Shown in pieces: positions 1 through 11,827 of a stretch of DNA of 64,000 nucleotides (positions are counted from its first letter, which is position 1; each line of letters begins with the position of its first letter). Position numbers and translations under genes: made by a program. The DNA is taken from contig CABUQW010000003.1 of NCBI GenBank assembly GCA_902493895.1, forward strand, positions 13,997-77,996. Direction: 5' to 3'. The stretch comes from an uncultured Collinsella sp. Its GTDB lineage: Bacteria; Actinomycetota; Coriobacteriia; Coriobacteriales; Coriobacteriaceae. Under the pieces are notes generated by a model that was given only the letters and a program-made list of their open reading frames with translations, searched no databases and was not told the origin of the DNA.

Positions 1-849
1 CCCGAGGTACAGGCCGTGGCTGATTACGTCGGCGACAGCTTTTACCTGGCAAAGCTTGCCAAGAGCCTGCCGCAGCAGACCATCGTGCTGTGCGGCGTGG
101 AGTTTATGGGCGAGAGCGCCAAGCTGCTCAACCCCACCAAGACCGTGCTGCTGCCCGAGCCGGGCGCGGACTGCCCCATGGCTCACATGGTCAAGCGCGA
201 GACGGTCGACGCCGCCCGCGCCGAGTACGGTGACGACCTTGCCGTGGTCTGCTACGTCAACTCCACGGTCGAGATCAAGAGCTGGAGCGACGTGTGCGTC
301 ACCAGCTCCAACGCCGTTAAGATCGTGTCCGAGCTGCCGCAGCAGCATATCCTGTTCATTCCCGACCAAAACCTGGGCCGCTTCGTAGCCGAACAGGTGC
401 CGCAAAAGCACGTCATCCTCAACAACGGCTACTGTCCGCGCCATCACATCATCACCGTCGAGCAGATCGTCGACGCGACGGAGGCCCACCCCAACGCGCT
501 CGTGCTGGCGCATCCTGAGTGCAAGGCCGACGTCCTGGCCGAGGCCGACTACATCGGCTCCACCGCCGGCATCATCAAGTATGCTGAGGAGTCGGACGCG
601 AGCGAGTTCATTATCGTGACGGTCCGCGGCGTGCTCTACGAGCTCGAGCGCCGCTGCCAGGGCACCGGCAAGAAGTTCTACTTCCCCGCGGTGCAGCCCA
701 CCTGCGTCAACATGGATCTCATCACGCTCGAAAAGCTCGTGCGCTGCCTGGAGACGGGCGAGGGCGAGGTGCGGATCGGTGTGTCGGACGAGGCCGCCGA
801 CCAGGCCAAACTCACGCTCGACCGCATGCTCGAGTACGCGGCGCGCTAA
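1..849 (+). CDS. nadA: Quinolinate synthase NadA, 5' end cut by the window edge
   Basis: The ORF runs in frame from the window start. Translation is NadA-like (LCGVEFMGESAKLL, VCYVNS, HPEC) and is followed by nadB and nadC. Confidence 0.85.
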   Translation, partial: PEVQAVADYVGDSFYLAKLAKSLPQQTIVLCGVEFMGESAKLLNPTKTVLLPEPGADCPMAHMVKRETVDAARAEYGDDLAVVCYVNSTVEIKSWSDVCVTSSNAVKIVSELPQQHILFIPDQNLGRFVAEQVPQKHVILNNGYCPRHHIITVEQIVDATEAHPNALVLAHPECKADVLAEADYIGSTAGIIKYAEESDASEFIIVTVRGVLYELERRCQGTGKKFYFPAVQPTCVNMDLITLEKLVRCLETGEGEVRIGVSDEAADQAKLTLDRMLEYAAR

Positions 850-905
850 AACGATGCGACATGAGGAACAGTCCCTTATGTCGCATTACAAGGGAGAGGA
901 TTCCT

Positions 906-2282
906 GTGGAAACCAAACAATACCCCGACATGGAGTGCGACGTCGTCATTGCCGGCTGCGGCGTGGCGGGCCTGTACGCGGCTCTCAACCTGCCGCCGAG
1001 CACGCGCGTGATCATGCTCTCCAAGGGCACTGTCGACGAGTGCGATTCGATGCTCGCGCAGGGTGGCATCTGCGTGCTGCCCGAAGGCTCGGACTATGAT
1101 GCCTTCTTTGAGGACACCATGCACGCCGGCCACTACGAGAACCGCCGCGAGAGCGTCGACATCATGATCCGCTCGAGCCGCTCGGTCATCAACGACCTGC
1201 TGGCGATGGGCGTGGATTTTGAGCGCAAGGCCGACGGCAGCCTCAACTTTACCCGCGAGGGCGCGCACAGCCGTCCGCGCATTGCCTTCCATGCCGACAT
1301 TACGGGCAAGGAGATCACGACCAAGCTGCTCCAGGCCGTTCGCAAGCTGGGTAACGTGCAGATTTTGGAGCACGTGGCCATGACCGACATCCTGACGGGC
1401 GAGCGTGACGGCGCCACGGTGTGCACCGGTGTCGTCGCCGTTCCCGTGGACGAGGACAACTCGGTTCGTCCCGCCGACGAGCTGGTAAATGCCGTCGAGG
1501 GCGCGCATGCCGGCGAGCCGTTTAAGATCCATGCCCGCCACACGCTGTGGGCAACGGGCGGCATCGGCGGCGTATACGACCATTCGACCAACTACCCGCA
1601 GCTCACGGGCGATGCCTGCTACATCGCTCAGGAGCATGGCATTAAGATGGAGCATCTGGACTACGTGCAGATCCACCCCACGGGACTGTTCTCGCCGCAG
1701 CCGGGCCGCACCTTCTTGATCAGCGAGAGCTGCCGCGGCGAGGGCGCGATTTTGCTCAATGCCGCCGGCGAGCGCTTTACCGATGAGCTCCAGCCGCGTG
1801 ACGTGGTCGCCGCCGCTATTCGCGAGCAGATGAAGCAGGACGGCACCGAGCACGAGTGGCTGAGCTTTGCACCCGTCGAGCGCGACGTGGTGACCGGGCA
1901 CTTTGCCAATATCCGCGCGCGCTGCCTGGAGGACGGCCGCGACATTCTGGACGAGCCCATCCCCGTCACGCCCACGCAGCACTACTTTATGGGCGGCGTA
2001 TGGGTCGACAAGGACGGCCGCACCTCGATGCCCGAGCTCTACGCCGCGGGCGAGACGGCCTGCAACGGTGTTCACGGCAAGAATCGTCTAGCTTCCAACA
2101 GCCTGCTCGAGGCGCTGGTCTGGGGTCGTCGCGCCGCGTGGTACATGCGCACCGGCAAGTCGCTGGCCGTGGAGCAGGCGGGCGATCCCGCGCTCGATGG
2201 CCGTCATCGCGCCCTGAGCGCCGACATCCTGGCAATCGATGATTTGGCCTGTGCCGCCGGCACGCAGGCCGTGGAGGAGTAG
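906..2282 (+). CDS. nadB: L-aspartate oxidase NadB
   Basis: FAD dinucleotide fold DVVIAGCGVAGLYAA and succinate dehydrogenase/fumarate reductase-like flavoprotein body. GTG at 906 follows GGGAGAGGA; the ORF opens at 861 and ATG 930 is an alternative start. Confidence 0.85.
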   Translation: METKQYPDMECDVVIAGCGVAGLYAALNLPPSTRVIMLSKGTVDECDSMLAQGGICVLPEGSDYDAFFEDTMHAGHYENRRESVDIMIRSSRSVINDLLAMGVDFERKADGSLNFTREGAHSRPRIAFHADITGKEITTKLLQAVRKLGNVQILEHVAMTDILTGERDGATVCTGVVAVPVDEDNSVRPADELVNAVEGAHAGEPFKIHARHTLWATGGIGGVYDHSTNYPQLTGDACYIAQEHGIKMEHLDYVQIHPTGLFSPQPGRTFLISESCRGEGAILLNAAGERFTDELQPRDVVAAAIREQMKQDGTEHEWLSFAPVERDVVTGHFANIRARCLEDGRDILDEPIPVTPTQHYFMGGVWVDKDGRTSMPELYAAGETACNGVHGKNRLASNSLLEALVWGRRAAWYMRTGKSLAVEQAGDPALDGRHRALSADILAIDDLACAAGTQAVEE

Positions 2283-2285
2283 ACC

Positions 2286-3146
2286 ATGAATCCCATTACC
2301 ATGAAGCTCGTCGTCGATGATCTGATTCTGCAGGCTCTGCGCGAGGACATCACGTTTGAGGACGTGAGCACGGCGAGCGTGTGCCCCACGGCGCGTCCCG
2401 CTACCGTTGAGCTCATCGCCAAGGCCGACGGCATCATCGCCGGCTTGGATGTGTTTGCCCGCACCTTTGAGCTGCTGGATCCGCAGAGCTCGGTGCTGTT
2501 TGATGTCGTCGATGGCGACGAGGTGCACGCCGGCGACCATGTGGGTCAGGTGCGCGGCGATGCGCGCGTGCTGCTTTCAGGCGAGCGCGTGGCACTCAAC
2601 TACCTGCAGCGCATGAGCGGTATCGCTACCTATACGCACCAGATGGCCGCGGCGCTCGAGGGCACCAAGACCGTGCTCGTCGATACGCGCAAGACCACGC
2701 CGGGCATGCGCGTCTTTGAGAAGGCCGCGGTCGAGATTGGCGGCGGCAGCAACCACCGTTACAACCTGTCGACGGCCGTCATGCTCAAGGACAACCACAT
2801 CGATGCCGCCGGCGGCGTGACGCGTGCAATCGAGATGGCGCGCGCCCATGCATCGTTTACTGCGACGGTCGAGATCGAGTGCGAGAACCTGGACATGGTG
2901 CGCGAGGCCGTGGAAGCCGGTGCCGACATTATCATGCTCGACAATATGACCCATGACGACATGGCGGCCGCTATCGAGCTTATCGCCGGTCGTGCCAAGA
3001 CCGAGTGTTCGGGCAACGTGGACGCCGACAACATTCGCGCCCTGGCCGATCTGGGTGTCGACTATATTAGCTCGGGCGCCCTGACGCACTCTGCGCCGAT
3101 TCTCGACCTCTCGCTTAAGCACCTGCGTCTGCTGGACGGTAAATAA
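2286..3146 (+). CDS. nadC: Nicotinate-nucleotide pyrophosphorylase (quinolinate phosphoribosyltransferase) NadC
   Basis: Typical NadC translation (LSGERVALNYLQRMSGIAT, DTRKTTPG, MLDN). Lies in the nadABC context. Confidence 0.9.
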   Translation: MNPITMKLVVDDLILQALREDITFEDVSTASVCPTARPATVELIAKADGIIAGLDVFARTFELLDPQSSVLFDVVDGDEVHAGDHVGQVRGDARVLLSGERVALNYLQRMSGIATYTHQMAAALEGTKTVLVDTRKTTPGMRVFEKAAVEIGGGSNHRYNLSTAVMLKDNHIDAAGGVTRAIEMARAHASFTATVEIECENLDMVREAVEAGADIIMLDNMTHDDMAAAIELIAGRAKTECSGNVDADNIRALADLGVDYISSGALTHSAPILDLSLKHLRLLDGK

Positions 3147-3691
3147 TGGACGCCCGCGAGCGTCGCCGTGCCATCATGGGCGTGCTCGAGCGAGCCAAGG
3201 GCCCCGTCTCCGGCAGCGCACTTGCTCGTGAGGTGGGTGTGAGCCGCCAGATTGTCGTGCAAGACATCGCCCTGCTGCGCGCCGATGGGCACGATATCGT
3301 GGCGACCAATCGCGGCTACGTGCTGCAGGAGGCCCCCAGCAGCCCCGCTGTGCCCACGCGTCTTGTTAAGGTGCGCCACAGCGTGGAGCAGGCGGGCGAC
3401 GAGCTTACGAGTATCGTCGACGCGGGCGGCGCCGTGCTCAACGTGATCGTCAACCATCGTGTGTACGGCAAGATCACGGCCGACCTGGACATCCGCAATC
3501 GTCGCGATGTTGAGCGCTATCTGCGCGATATCGAGAGCGGCAAGAGCTTTCCGCTGCTAACGGTGACGAGCGGCTATCACTTCCATCGCATTGCGGCGGA
3601 GGACGAACAGACCCTCGACGAGATCGAGGCGATGCTCAAGGAGAAGGGCTACTTGGCGGACCTAATGCCCTACGAAGACGACCTGTCCTAG
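3146..3691 (+). CDS. niaR: NiaR-type NAD-biosynthesis transcriptional repressor (HTH + 3H domain)
   Basis: N-terminal HTH (SGSALAREVGVSRQIVVQDIALLRADG) and a C-terminal domain with spaced His residues. The start overlaps the nadC stop (TAATG). Confidence 0.75.
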   Translation: MDARERRRAIMGVLERAKGPVSGSALAREVGVSRQIVVQDIALLRADGHDIVATNRGYVLQEAPSSPAVPTRLVKVRHSVEQAGDELTSIVDAGGAVLNVIVNHRVYGKITADLDIRNRRDVERYLRDIESGKSFPLLTVTSGYHFHRIAAEDEQTLDEIEAMLKEKGYLADLMPYEDDLS

Positions 3692-3704
3692 TAACGACGA
3701 ATGC

Positions 3705-3744
3705 AAAAGGAGGCCTCCGCGGCGATGCGGAGGCCTCCTTTTTT
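3705..3744. terminator. Bidirectional stem-loop between niaR and the convergent ferredoxin gene
   Basis: AAAAGGAGGCCTCCGC-N6-GCGGAGGCCTCCTTTTTT: a perfect GC-rich stem flanked by an A-run and a T-run. Confidence 0.7.
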
Positions 3745-3783
3745 GTGCACGGTGTACTTTTGAGTGTGCAAGTGGGGGAGTTG

Positions 3784-3969
3784 TTACTCCTCGACGATCT
3801 CGGTGATCGCGCCAGCGGGGCAAGCGTCCTGGCAAGCGCCACAGGCGACGCAGGAGTCCTCGTCAGCGACGGTAGCGACGTCCTGGAGCTCCAGAACGCC
3901 AGCGGGGCAGGAGTCGACGCAAACGCCACAAGCGATGCACTCGTCGGCATCAATTACGGGATGAGCCAT
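3784..3969 (-). CDS. Small 2x[4Fe-4S] ferredoxin
   Basis: Two CxxCxxCxxxCP motifs (CIACGVCVDSCP, CVACGACQDACP). ATG at 3969 is preceded by GAGGAAA; the longer track ORF (to 4035) is probably an over-extension. Confidence 0.8.
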   Translation of the reverse strand: MAHPVIDADECIACGVCVDSCPAGVLELQDVATVADEDSCVACGACQDACPAGAITEIVEE

Positions 3970-4230
3970 GGTAGTTTCCTCTCTGTTGACCGACGCTACA
4001 GGCGATGCGCGCCGGTTTGATTCGGGCAAAAACATACCACGGGAGCGACCGTTTGCAATACCCTCTGGCCGGCATCTTCATACCGTTCGCCGAGTATGCC
4101 AAGGTTTACTAAAAAACGTGCAGGTGGGGCCGTTAAGCTGCGTAAATGTTAGCTAAAGGTGACTTGAAATATTGAGCTATTGAGCACGCCTGCGGAAAGG
4201 GCATCCCGTTATTTGGCCGAAAACCGGGTT

Positions 4231-4353
4231 GCAGTTTCCGGTTGGGCCGTCCGGCGGAAACTGCGATCCGGTATCAGCTCTCAAAACGGGATACGGTTTC
4301 CGGTTGAGCCTTCAGACGGAAACCGCGGCCCGGAATCCACGCTCAAAACGGGA
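4231..4353. repeat. Two tandem ~62 bp units, each containing a hairpin (GCAGTTTCCG..CGGAAACTGC and CGGTTTCCG..CGGAAACCG) and ending CTCAAAACGGGA
   Basis: Read directly from the sequence. A partial third unit follows. No credible ORF is present. Confidence 0.6.
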
Positions 4354-4490
4354 CGAGCTTTCCGCAAGGCAGTCCCAGGCGCCCTCGGACCCAAACCTCA
4401 GCCATCTCTACATAGATCTCGATAGATTTGCCTAGAACTCAAACAGCGCATCTACCTGCGCATTTAAGAACCTAAACTCTCAGCAATAAG

Positions 4491-4517
4491 AAATCTTATA
4501 TGAATTGACTTAGATTT
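4491..4517 (+). promoter_or_regulatory. Candidate HspR operator upstream of dnaK (AAATCT-N15-AGATTT)
   Basis: AAATCTTATAT..GACTTAGATTT is shared almost exactly with the clpB upstream region at 13729-13755. Confidence 0.5.
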
Positions 4518-4626
4518 TGTATATTCCGGCCCATAAGGGGATACACTACATCCTGAAAGACAAGCCGAAACACCGCTCGGCAGACCGCCGAGTCGGTGCA
4601 AACGCACAAGAGAGAGGGAATTTCTA

Positions 4627-6519
<1,893 letters not shown>

Positions 6520-6521
6520 TC

Positions 6522-7364
6522 ATGTCCGCCCGTAAAGCTCGCACGGAGGCGGCTGCCGTTGGTACCGCCCCCGTTGACTCTGAGGAGAAGGACGTGAAGA
6601 TTCCCGTAGAGGCCGTCGACGATACCGAGGCCAACGAGGCCCCGGCCGCCGAGGCTGCCGAGAACCAGGTAGAGGATTCCAACAAGGAGGCGACGATGAC
6701 CGAGGACGAGATGGTGGAAGCCGCTATCCGCGCTGGTGAGGAAGCCGCCGACAACGACTTTAAGCTCAAGTTCGAGCAGGCCCAAAAGGAGCTTGCCGAC
6801 GTGCGTAACGAGCTCGATGCTGCGGCAGAGGCTCAGAAGGCCGCCGAGGATAAGGCAAAGGACGCCACGGAGCGTACCGCCCGTCTGCAGGCCGACTGGG
6901 AGAACTTCCGTCGCCGCACCGCCAATGAGCGTATCGCTGAGCGCGAGCGCGCGACCGAGAAGCTCGTCACTGCGCTGCTGCCGGTGGTCGACGATATCGA
7001 GCGTGCGATCGACCATGCCCGCAGCCAGGAGCTTGCCGACGACTTTAAGCAGTTCGTCGACGGCGTCGACGCGGTGCATGCCAAGCTGCTCGATGTGTTT
7101 GCGCACGAGGGCGTTGAGCCCATCGACCCCAAGGGCGAGGCGTTCGATCCGCTCGAGCACCAGGCTGTGGGTCGCGTCGAGGACGCATCGCAGTATGACG
7201 AGACCGTCAACGACGTGTACCAGAAGGGCTACCGCATGGCGGATCGCATCCTGCGTTCCGCGATGGTGACGGTGACCTACGGCGGCGAGAAGCGCCCCGC
7301 ACCGGAGCCCGAAGCGGCGCCCGAGGATGCTGCGGCCGATACGGCCGAGAGCACCGAGGAGTAA
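6522..7364 (+). CDS. grpE: Nucleotide exchange factor GrpE
   Basis: Starts 3 nt after dnaK. GrpE-like core (RLQADWENFRRRT, GYRMADRILRSAMV) with an acidic N-terminal extension. Confidence 0.9.
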   Translation: MSARKARTEAAAVGTAPVDSEEKDVKIPVEAVDDTEANEAPAAEAAENQVEDSNKEATMTEDEMVEAAIRAGEEAADNDFKLKFEQAQKELADVRNELDAAAEAQKAAEDKAKDATERTARLQADWENFRRRTANERIAERERATEKLVTALLPVVDDIERAIDHARSQELADDFKQFVDGVDAVHAKLLDVFAHEGVEPIDPKGEAFDPLEHQAVGRVEDASQYDETVNDVYQKGYRMADRILRSAMVTVTYGGEKRPAPEPEAAPEDAAADTAESTEE

Positions 7365-7368
7365 TTGA

Positions 7369-7401
7369 GAAGGGCCCCGGGGCAACACCCGGGGCCCTTT
7401 C
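7369..7401 (+). terminator. Stem-loop after grpE
   Basis: GAAGGGCCCCGG-N8-CCGGGGCCCTTTC. Confidence 0.5.
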
Positions 7402-7471
7402 TGGCCTAGTGCCATATGAAAGCATGAGCCGCCGCCCGCTGGGCGGCGGATGAAACAGGAGAGGAGCTACG

Positions 7472-8437
7472 ATGGCTGCAGGCAAAACCTTCTATGACAT
7501 CCTGGGCGTATCCAAGAGCGCCTCCGACAAAGAGATCAAGAGTGCGTTTCGCAAGCTCGCGCAAAAATATCACCCCGATGCCGGCGGCGACGAGGCCAAG
7601 TTCAAGGAGATCAGCGAGGCCTACGAGACGCTTTCGGACGAGAAGAAGCGCAAAGAGTACGACCAGATGCTCATGTTTGGCGGCATGCCGGGCGCAGGCG
7701 GCGCGTATGGCGGCGGCTACGGTGCCGGCGCGGGTGCCAGCGGCTGGGGCGACATCTTCGACAGCATCTTTAGCGGCAACGGCGCCTGGGGCAGCGATTG
7801 GGGCTCGGGCTTTGCCGGGGCTGCGGGCGCTGCCGGTGCCGGCGCGGGCCGCAGCCGCGCTCGCAAGGGCGGCGACCTGTCGCTGACCGTCGATGTGACG
7901 GCCGAGGACGCGTTTCGCGGCGTGACGCACAAGGTCACCTATCGCATTCCCTCGACAGGCGAGCAGCAGACCATTACGGTCTCGGTGCCCGCGGGCGCGG
8001 TCGACGGCGGCAAGCTACGCTACAAACGTCGCGGCGAGTATGGCGTTGCGGGTGGCGAGCGCGGCGACCTGGTCGTGACCACGCATGTGGAAGAGCACCC
8101 GCTGTTTAAGCGCAAAGGCGCCGACGTGACCATGGAGGTACCGGTCTCGGTCTACGAGGCGGCGCTCGGCTGCACGGTGGACGTGCCCACGCCCGGCGGC
8201 GCGACGGTCCGTTTGAAAGTGCCCGCGGGTACCCAGACGGGCAAGAAGTTCCGCTTTAAGGAGATGGGAGCGCCCGACGTTAAGCACCGTGGCCGTACGG
8301 GCGCGCTGCTCGTCGAGATCAAGGTGCAGGTCCCCACGAACCTGTCCGATAACGAGCGCGATGCCATGACCAAGCTGCGCGAGGCCGACACGCGCGATTA
8401 TCGCGAGAAGGTCAACCGTTACAAAGCGACGTACTAG
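7472..8437 (+). CDS. dnaJ: J-domain co-chaperone, class II (CbpA/DnaJ-like, no zinc-finger domain)
   Basis: J domain with HPD ([13 protein letters not shown]), a G/F-rich linker and C-terminal substrate-binding domains. There are no CxxCxGxG repeats and only one Cys in the protein. Confidence 0.85.
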   Translation: MAAGKTFYDILGVSKSASDKEIKSAFRKLAQKYHPDAGGDEAKFKEISEAYETLSDEKKRKEYDQMLMFGGMPGAGGAYGGGYGAGAGASGWGDIFDSIFSGNGAWGSDWGSGFAGAAGAAGAGAGRSRARKGGDLSLTVDVTAEDAFRGVTHKVTYRIPSTGEQQTITVSVPAGAVDGGKLRYKRRGEYGVAGGERGDLVVTTHVEEHPLFKRKGADVTMEVPVSVYEAALGCTVDVPTPGGATVRLKVPAGTQTGKKFRFKEMGAPDVKHRGRTGALLVEIKVQVPTNLSDNERDAMTKLREADTRDYREKVNRYKATY

Positions 8438-8509
8438 GGCGGTCGTGGCGCACACCCGCGCCCGCGGGCTTATGATGGACGATAACGAGACGGAAAGGGG
8501 TCAGGTAGC

Positions 8510-8926
8510 ATGGCCGAGGACAATAGGAACAAACCGCTGTACATGATCAGCGTGGCGGCCGAGCTGACCGGCATGCATCCGCAGACTCTGCGCGTCTACG
8601 AGTCCAAAGGCTTGGTGAATCCCCAGCGCTCGGGCGGCAACACGCGCCTGTACTCGCGTGCCGATATCGAGCGCTTGGAGCTCATCAACCAACTGACCGA
8701 CGAGGGCATCAATCTTGCCGGCGTGGTGCGCATCCTCGATATGAAGGAGCGTGCCGAGGAGCGCGAGCACGAGAACGAAAAGCTCCGTGCTCGCGTGCGC
8801 CAGCTCGAGGACGAGCTGCACGAGTACAAGATGCAGAAGAAGATCACCGCCCTGGCCCCGCGCGACGGCTCAGTTAACCCCGAGCAAGTCATGCGCAAGC
8901 TGCTGGGCGCCGGCGGGGATCTCTAG
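8510..8926 (+). CDS. hspR: MerR-family heat-shock repressor HspR
   Basis: MerR HTH (YMISVAAELTGMHPQTLRVYESKGL). It is the last gene of a dnaK-grpE-dnaJ-hspR arrangement. Confidence 0.85.
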   Translation: MAEDNRNKPLYMISVAAELTGMHPQTLRVYESKGLVNPQRSGGNTRLYSRADIERLELINQLTDEGINLAGVVRILDMKERAEEREHENEKLRARVRQLEDELHEYKMQKKITALAPRDGSVNPEQVMRKLLGAGGDL

Positions 8927-8954
8927 GTTACGCCGTTCTGCCGAACGGCGTAAC
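8927..8954 (+). terminator. Perfect 12 bp stem-loop immediately after hspR
   Basis: GTTACGCCGTTC-TGCC-GAACGGCGTAAC. No T-run follows. Confidence 0.5.
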
Positions 8955-9310
8955 GGCTCGACGCTGCGCGACGTCCAGAGCGACAATTTGTCATTCAAAA
9001 GGCGAGGCATGACCAGAAGGTCTATGCCTTGCCTTTTTCATGCCAACTTGTTCGCTCTGGACGTCGCTCGCTGTCCGTCCTCTACCTGCGGCGTTGCCGG
9101 AGTAGGGTAGTTTGGCACTTGGGGACGTTCCTTTTGTGTCGGCACTTTGGGACACTCCTTGTCCAGAGAGTGATGCAAGGGGCTCGTCCTTTGCTTTACC
9201 GAGATAAAGTGAACGTGTAGATTCGCAACCCACTCGCAACCGTTCTATGGCACGATATTGAACGAATGTATGCTATGCGCCCAAATCTTTTGGGCAGAGT
9301 GGGAGACAGT

Positions 9311-11611
9311 ATGGTCAAGCTGTACGAGGACGGCATCTACCTGCGTAACGGCAGCGAGGTTGTGCCTGTGGCCGAGGCTGCCGAGCGCGGTATTACGCAG
9401 ACGCCCGAGGATGCCAAGCGCGGCACCATCGCGTATTCGATCCTTCAAGCACACAATACGTCCGGCGACCCCGAGGCGCTCAAGATTCGCTTCGACGCCA
9501 TGGCGAGCCACGACATCACCTTTGTCGGCATTATCCAGACGGCGCGCGCCTCGGGCATGGAGCAGTTCCCGCTGCCTTACGTGCTTACCAACTGCCATAA
9601 CTCGCTGTGCGCCGTGGGCGGCACCATCAACGAGGACGACCACGTCTTTGGCCTCTCGGCTGCCAAGAAGTACGGCGGCATCTTCGTTCCGCCGCACATC
9701 GCCGTCATCCACTCCTTTATGCGTGAGAACTTCGCGGGCTGCGGCAAGATGATTCTGGGCTCCGACTCGCACACCCGCTACGGCGCCCTGGGTACCATGG
9801 CCGTGGGCGAGGGCGGCGGCGAGCTGGCAAAGCAGCTGCTGCGCGACACCTACGACGTTGCCTATCCCGGCGTCGTGGCCATCTACCTCACGGGTGCCCC
9901 GCGCCCCGGCGTCGGCCCGCACGATGTGGCGCTTGCCATCATCCGTGCTGTCTTTGCCAAGGGCTACGTTAAGAACAAGGTCATGGAGTTTGTGGGCCCC
10001 GGCATCGCGAGCATGACGACCGACTACCGCAACGGCGTCGATGTCATGACCACCGAGACCACCTGCCTCTCCTCCATTTGGGCTACCGACGAGGACACGC
10101 ACGCGTTTTTGACCATGCACGGTCGCGGCGAGGACTACCGCGAGCTCAAGCCCGCCGATGTTGCCTACTACGACGGCTGCGTCGAGGTCGATCTGTCGAG
10201 CATCAAGCCCATGATCGCGTTGCCGTTCCATCCTTCTAACGGCTTTGAGATCGACGAGCTCAACGAGAACCTCGAGGACATCCTGCATGAGGTGGAGCTC
10301 GAGGCCGCCAAGATCGGCGAGGGCAAGACGCACTTTAGCCTGCTCGACAAGATCGTCGACGGCAAGCTGCACGTGCAGCAGGGCGTTATCGCCGGCTGCT
10401 CGGGCGGCAACTACGACTCCGTGGTCCAGGCTGCTCGCGTGCTCAAGGGCGCTAACACCGGCTGCGGCGAGTTCTCGCTGTCGGTCTATCCCACGAGCCA
10501 GCCCGTGGCACTCGAGCTTACACGCCGCGGCTACATCTACGACCTTATGGAGGCCGGCGCGATTGTGCGCACGGCATTCTGCGGCCCGTGCTTCGGCGCC
10601 GGCGACACGCCTGCCAACAACGGCCTTTCGATCCGCCACACCACGCGCAACTTCCCCAATCGCGAGGGCTCCAAGCCGGGCAACGGTCAGCTGAGCGCCG
10701 TGGCCCTGATGGACGCCCGCTCCATTGCGGCGACGGCTGCCAACGGCGGCGTCCTGACGCCGGCGACCGACCTGCCCGAGGAGACTTGGGACGAGGCCTG
10801 CGAGTACACCTTTGACGACGCGCCGTACAAGAAGCGCGTGTACTGGGGCTTTGGCAAGGCTGAGCCGGCCGACGAGCTGGTCGAGGGCCCCAACATCAAG
10901 CCGTGGCCCGCGATGGAGCCTCTCGGCGACGACATCCTGCTCAAGGTGTGCTCCAAGATCATGGACCCGGTCACTACGACCGACGAGCTCATTCCCTCGG
11001 GCGAGACGAGCTCCTTCCGCTCCAACCCGCTGGGTCTGGCCGAGTTTACGCTCAGCCGTCGCGACCCTGCCTACGTGGGCCGCTCCAAGGAGGTCGACGC
11101 GGTGGAAAAGCGCCGCATTGCCGGCGAGGCAGCGGGCGACCTGGTGGCACTCGATGCCGAGCTTGCCAGCGTGTTTGAGGCGCTGACCGGCGCGGGTGTC
11201 GCGGCCGATGCCAAGGCGACTGAGTACGGCTCCATGCTCTATGCCAAGAAGCCCGGTGACGGTTCTGCCCGCGAGCAGGCCGCGAGCTGCCAGCGCGTAA
11301 TTGGCGGCCTGGCCAACATCGTCCACGAGTACGCCACCAAGCGCTATCGCTCCAACGTGATGAACTGGGGCATGGTGCCCTTCCAGATGGAGGCCGAGCC
11401 CAGCTTTGAGGTGGGCGACTACGTCTTTGTGCCGGGTATCCGCGCCGCGCTCGACGGCGACCTGAAGGACATCGCCGCTTACGTGGTTCGCGCCGATGGT
11501 GCGGTCGAGCAGATTGAGCTCTACATTGCCGATATGACGGCAGAGGAGCGTGCCATCGTCAAGGCCGGCTGCCTGATCAACTACAACAAGTTCAAGGCCG
11601 CTGCCGAGTAA
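9311..11611 (+). CDS. Aconitase-family hydratase (putative aconitate hydratase, ~766 aa type)
   Basis: Aconitase catalytic signatures (GSDSHT, CGPCFG, NFPNREG) plus a swivel domain. ATG 9311 follows GGGAGA. Confidence 0.85.
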   Translation: MVKLYEDGIYLRNGSEVVPVAEAAERGITQTPEDAKRGTIAYSILQAHNTSGDPEALKIRFDAMASHDITFVGIIQTARASGMEQFPLPYVLTNCHNSLCAVGGTINEDDHVFGLSAAKKYGGIFVPPHIAVIHSFMRENFAGCGKMILGSDSHTRYGALGTMAVGEGGGELAKQLLRDTYDVAYPGVVAIYLTGAPRPGVGPHDVALAIIRAVFAKGYVKNKVMEFVGPGIASMTTDYRNGVDVMTTETTCLSSIWATDEDTHAFLTMHGRGEDYRELKPADVAYYDGCVEVDLSSIKPMIALPFHPSNGFEIDELNENLEDILHEVELEAAKIGEGKTHFSLLDKIVDGKLHVQQGVIAGCSGGNYDSVVQAARVLKGANTGCGEFSLSVYPTSQPVALELTRRGYIYDLMEAGAIVRTAFCGPCFGAGDTPANNGLSIRHTTRNFPNREGSKPGNGQLSAVALMDARSIAATAANGGVLTPATDLPEETWDEACEYTFDDAPYKKRVYWGFGKAEPADELVEGPNIKPWPAMEPLGDDILLKVCSKIMDPVTTTDELIPSGETSSFRSNPLGLAEFTLSRRDPAYVGRSKEVDAVEKRRIAGEAAGDLVALDAELASVFEALTGAGVAADAKATEYGSMLYAKKPGDGSAREQAASCQRVIGGLANIVHEYATKRYRSNVMNWGMVPFQMEAEPSFEVGDYVFVPGIRAALDGDLKDIAAYVVRADGAVEQIELYIADMTAEERAIVKAGCLINYNKFKAAAE

Positions 11612-11627
11612 CGCACTTAATTGTCCG

Positions 11628-11699
11628 CCCGGGGCTTACCCTTTCCCGCCCGCTCACGCGCTTCGCGAGGGTCGCGTTCGGGAAAGGGTAAGCCCCGGG
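11628..11699 (+). terminator. Long hairpin after the hydratase gene
   Basis: CCCGGGGCTTACCCTTTCCCG ... CGGGAAAGGGTAAGCCCCGGG, a 21 bp perfect stem. Confidence 0.6.
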
Positions 11700-11797
11700 C
11701 TACATTTCTGCGTTCTCGTTGGGCCTTGAGGGACGCCAAAAATAGACTTGCTTGATGCCGCCTCTGTTATCGGGGCGGCTTCTTTTTGTCGAAAATC

Positions 11798-11827
11798 GCC
11801 ACAAAGGGACAAGCACCTTTGTGGTGG
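11798..11827. repeat. Palindromic repeat family, copy 1 (inverted orientation, shorter stem)
   Basis: CCACAAAGG-GACAAGCA-CCTTTGTGG. The loop is approximately the reverse complement of the loop in copies 2-4. Confidence 0.7.

Noticed and set aside
4180-4435. Two overlapping ~70-80 aa ORFs in the ferredoxin-dnaK intergenic region.
   Set aside because: They are generated by the tandem 62 bp hairpin repeats, show internally repetitive translations and have no RBS.
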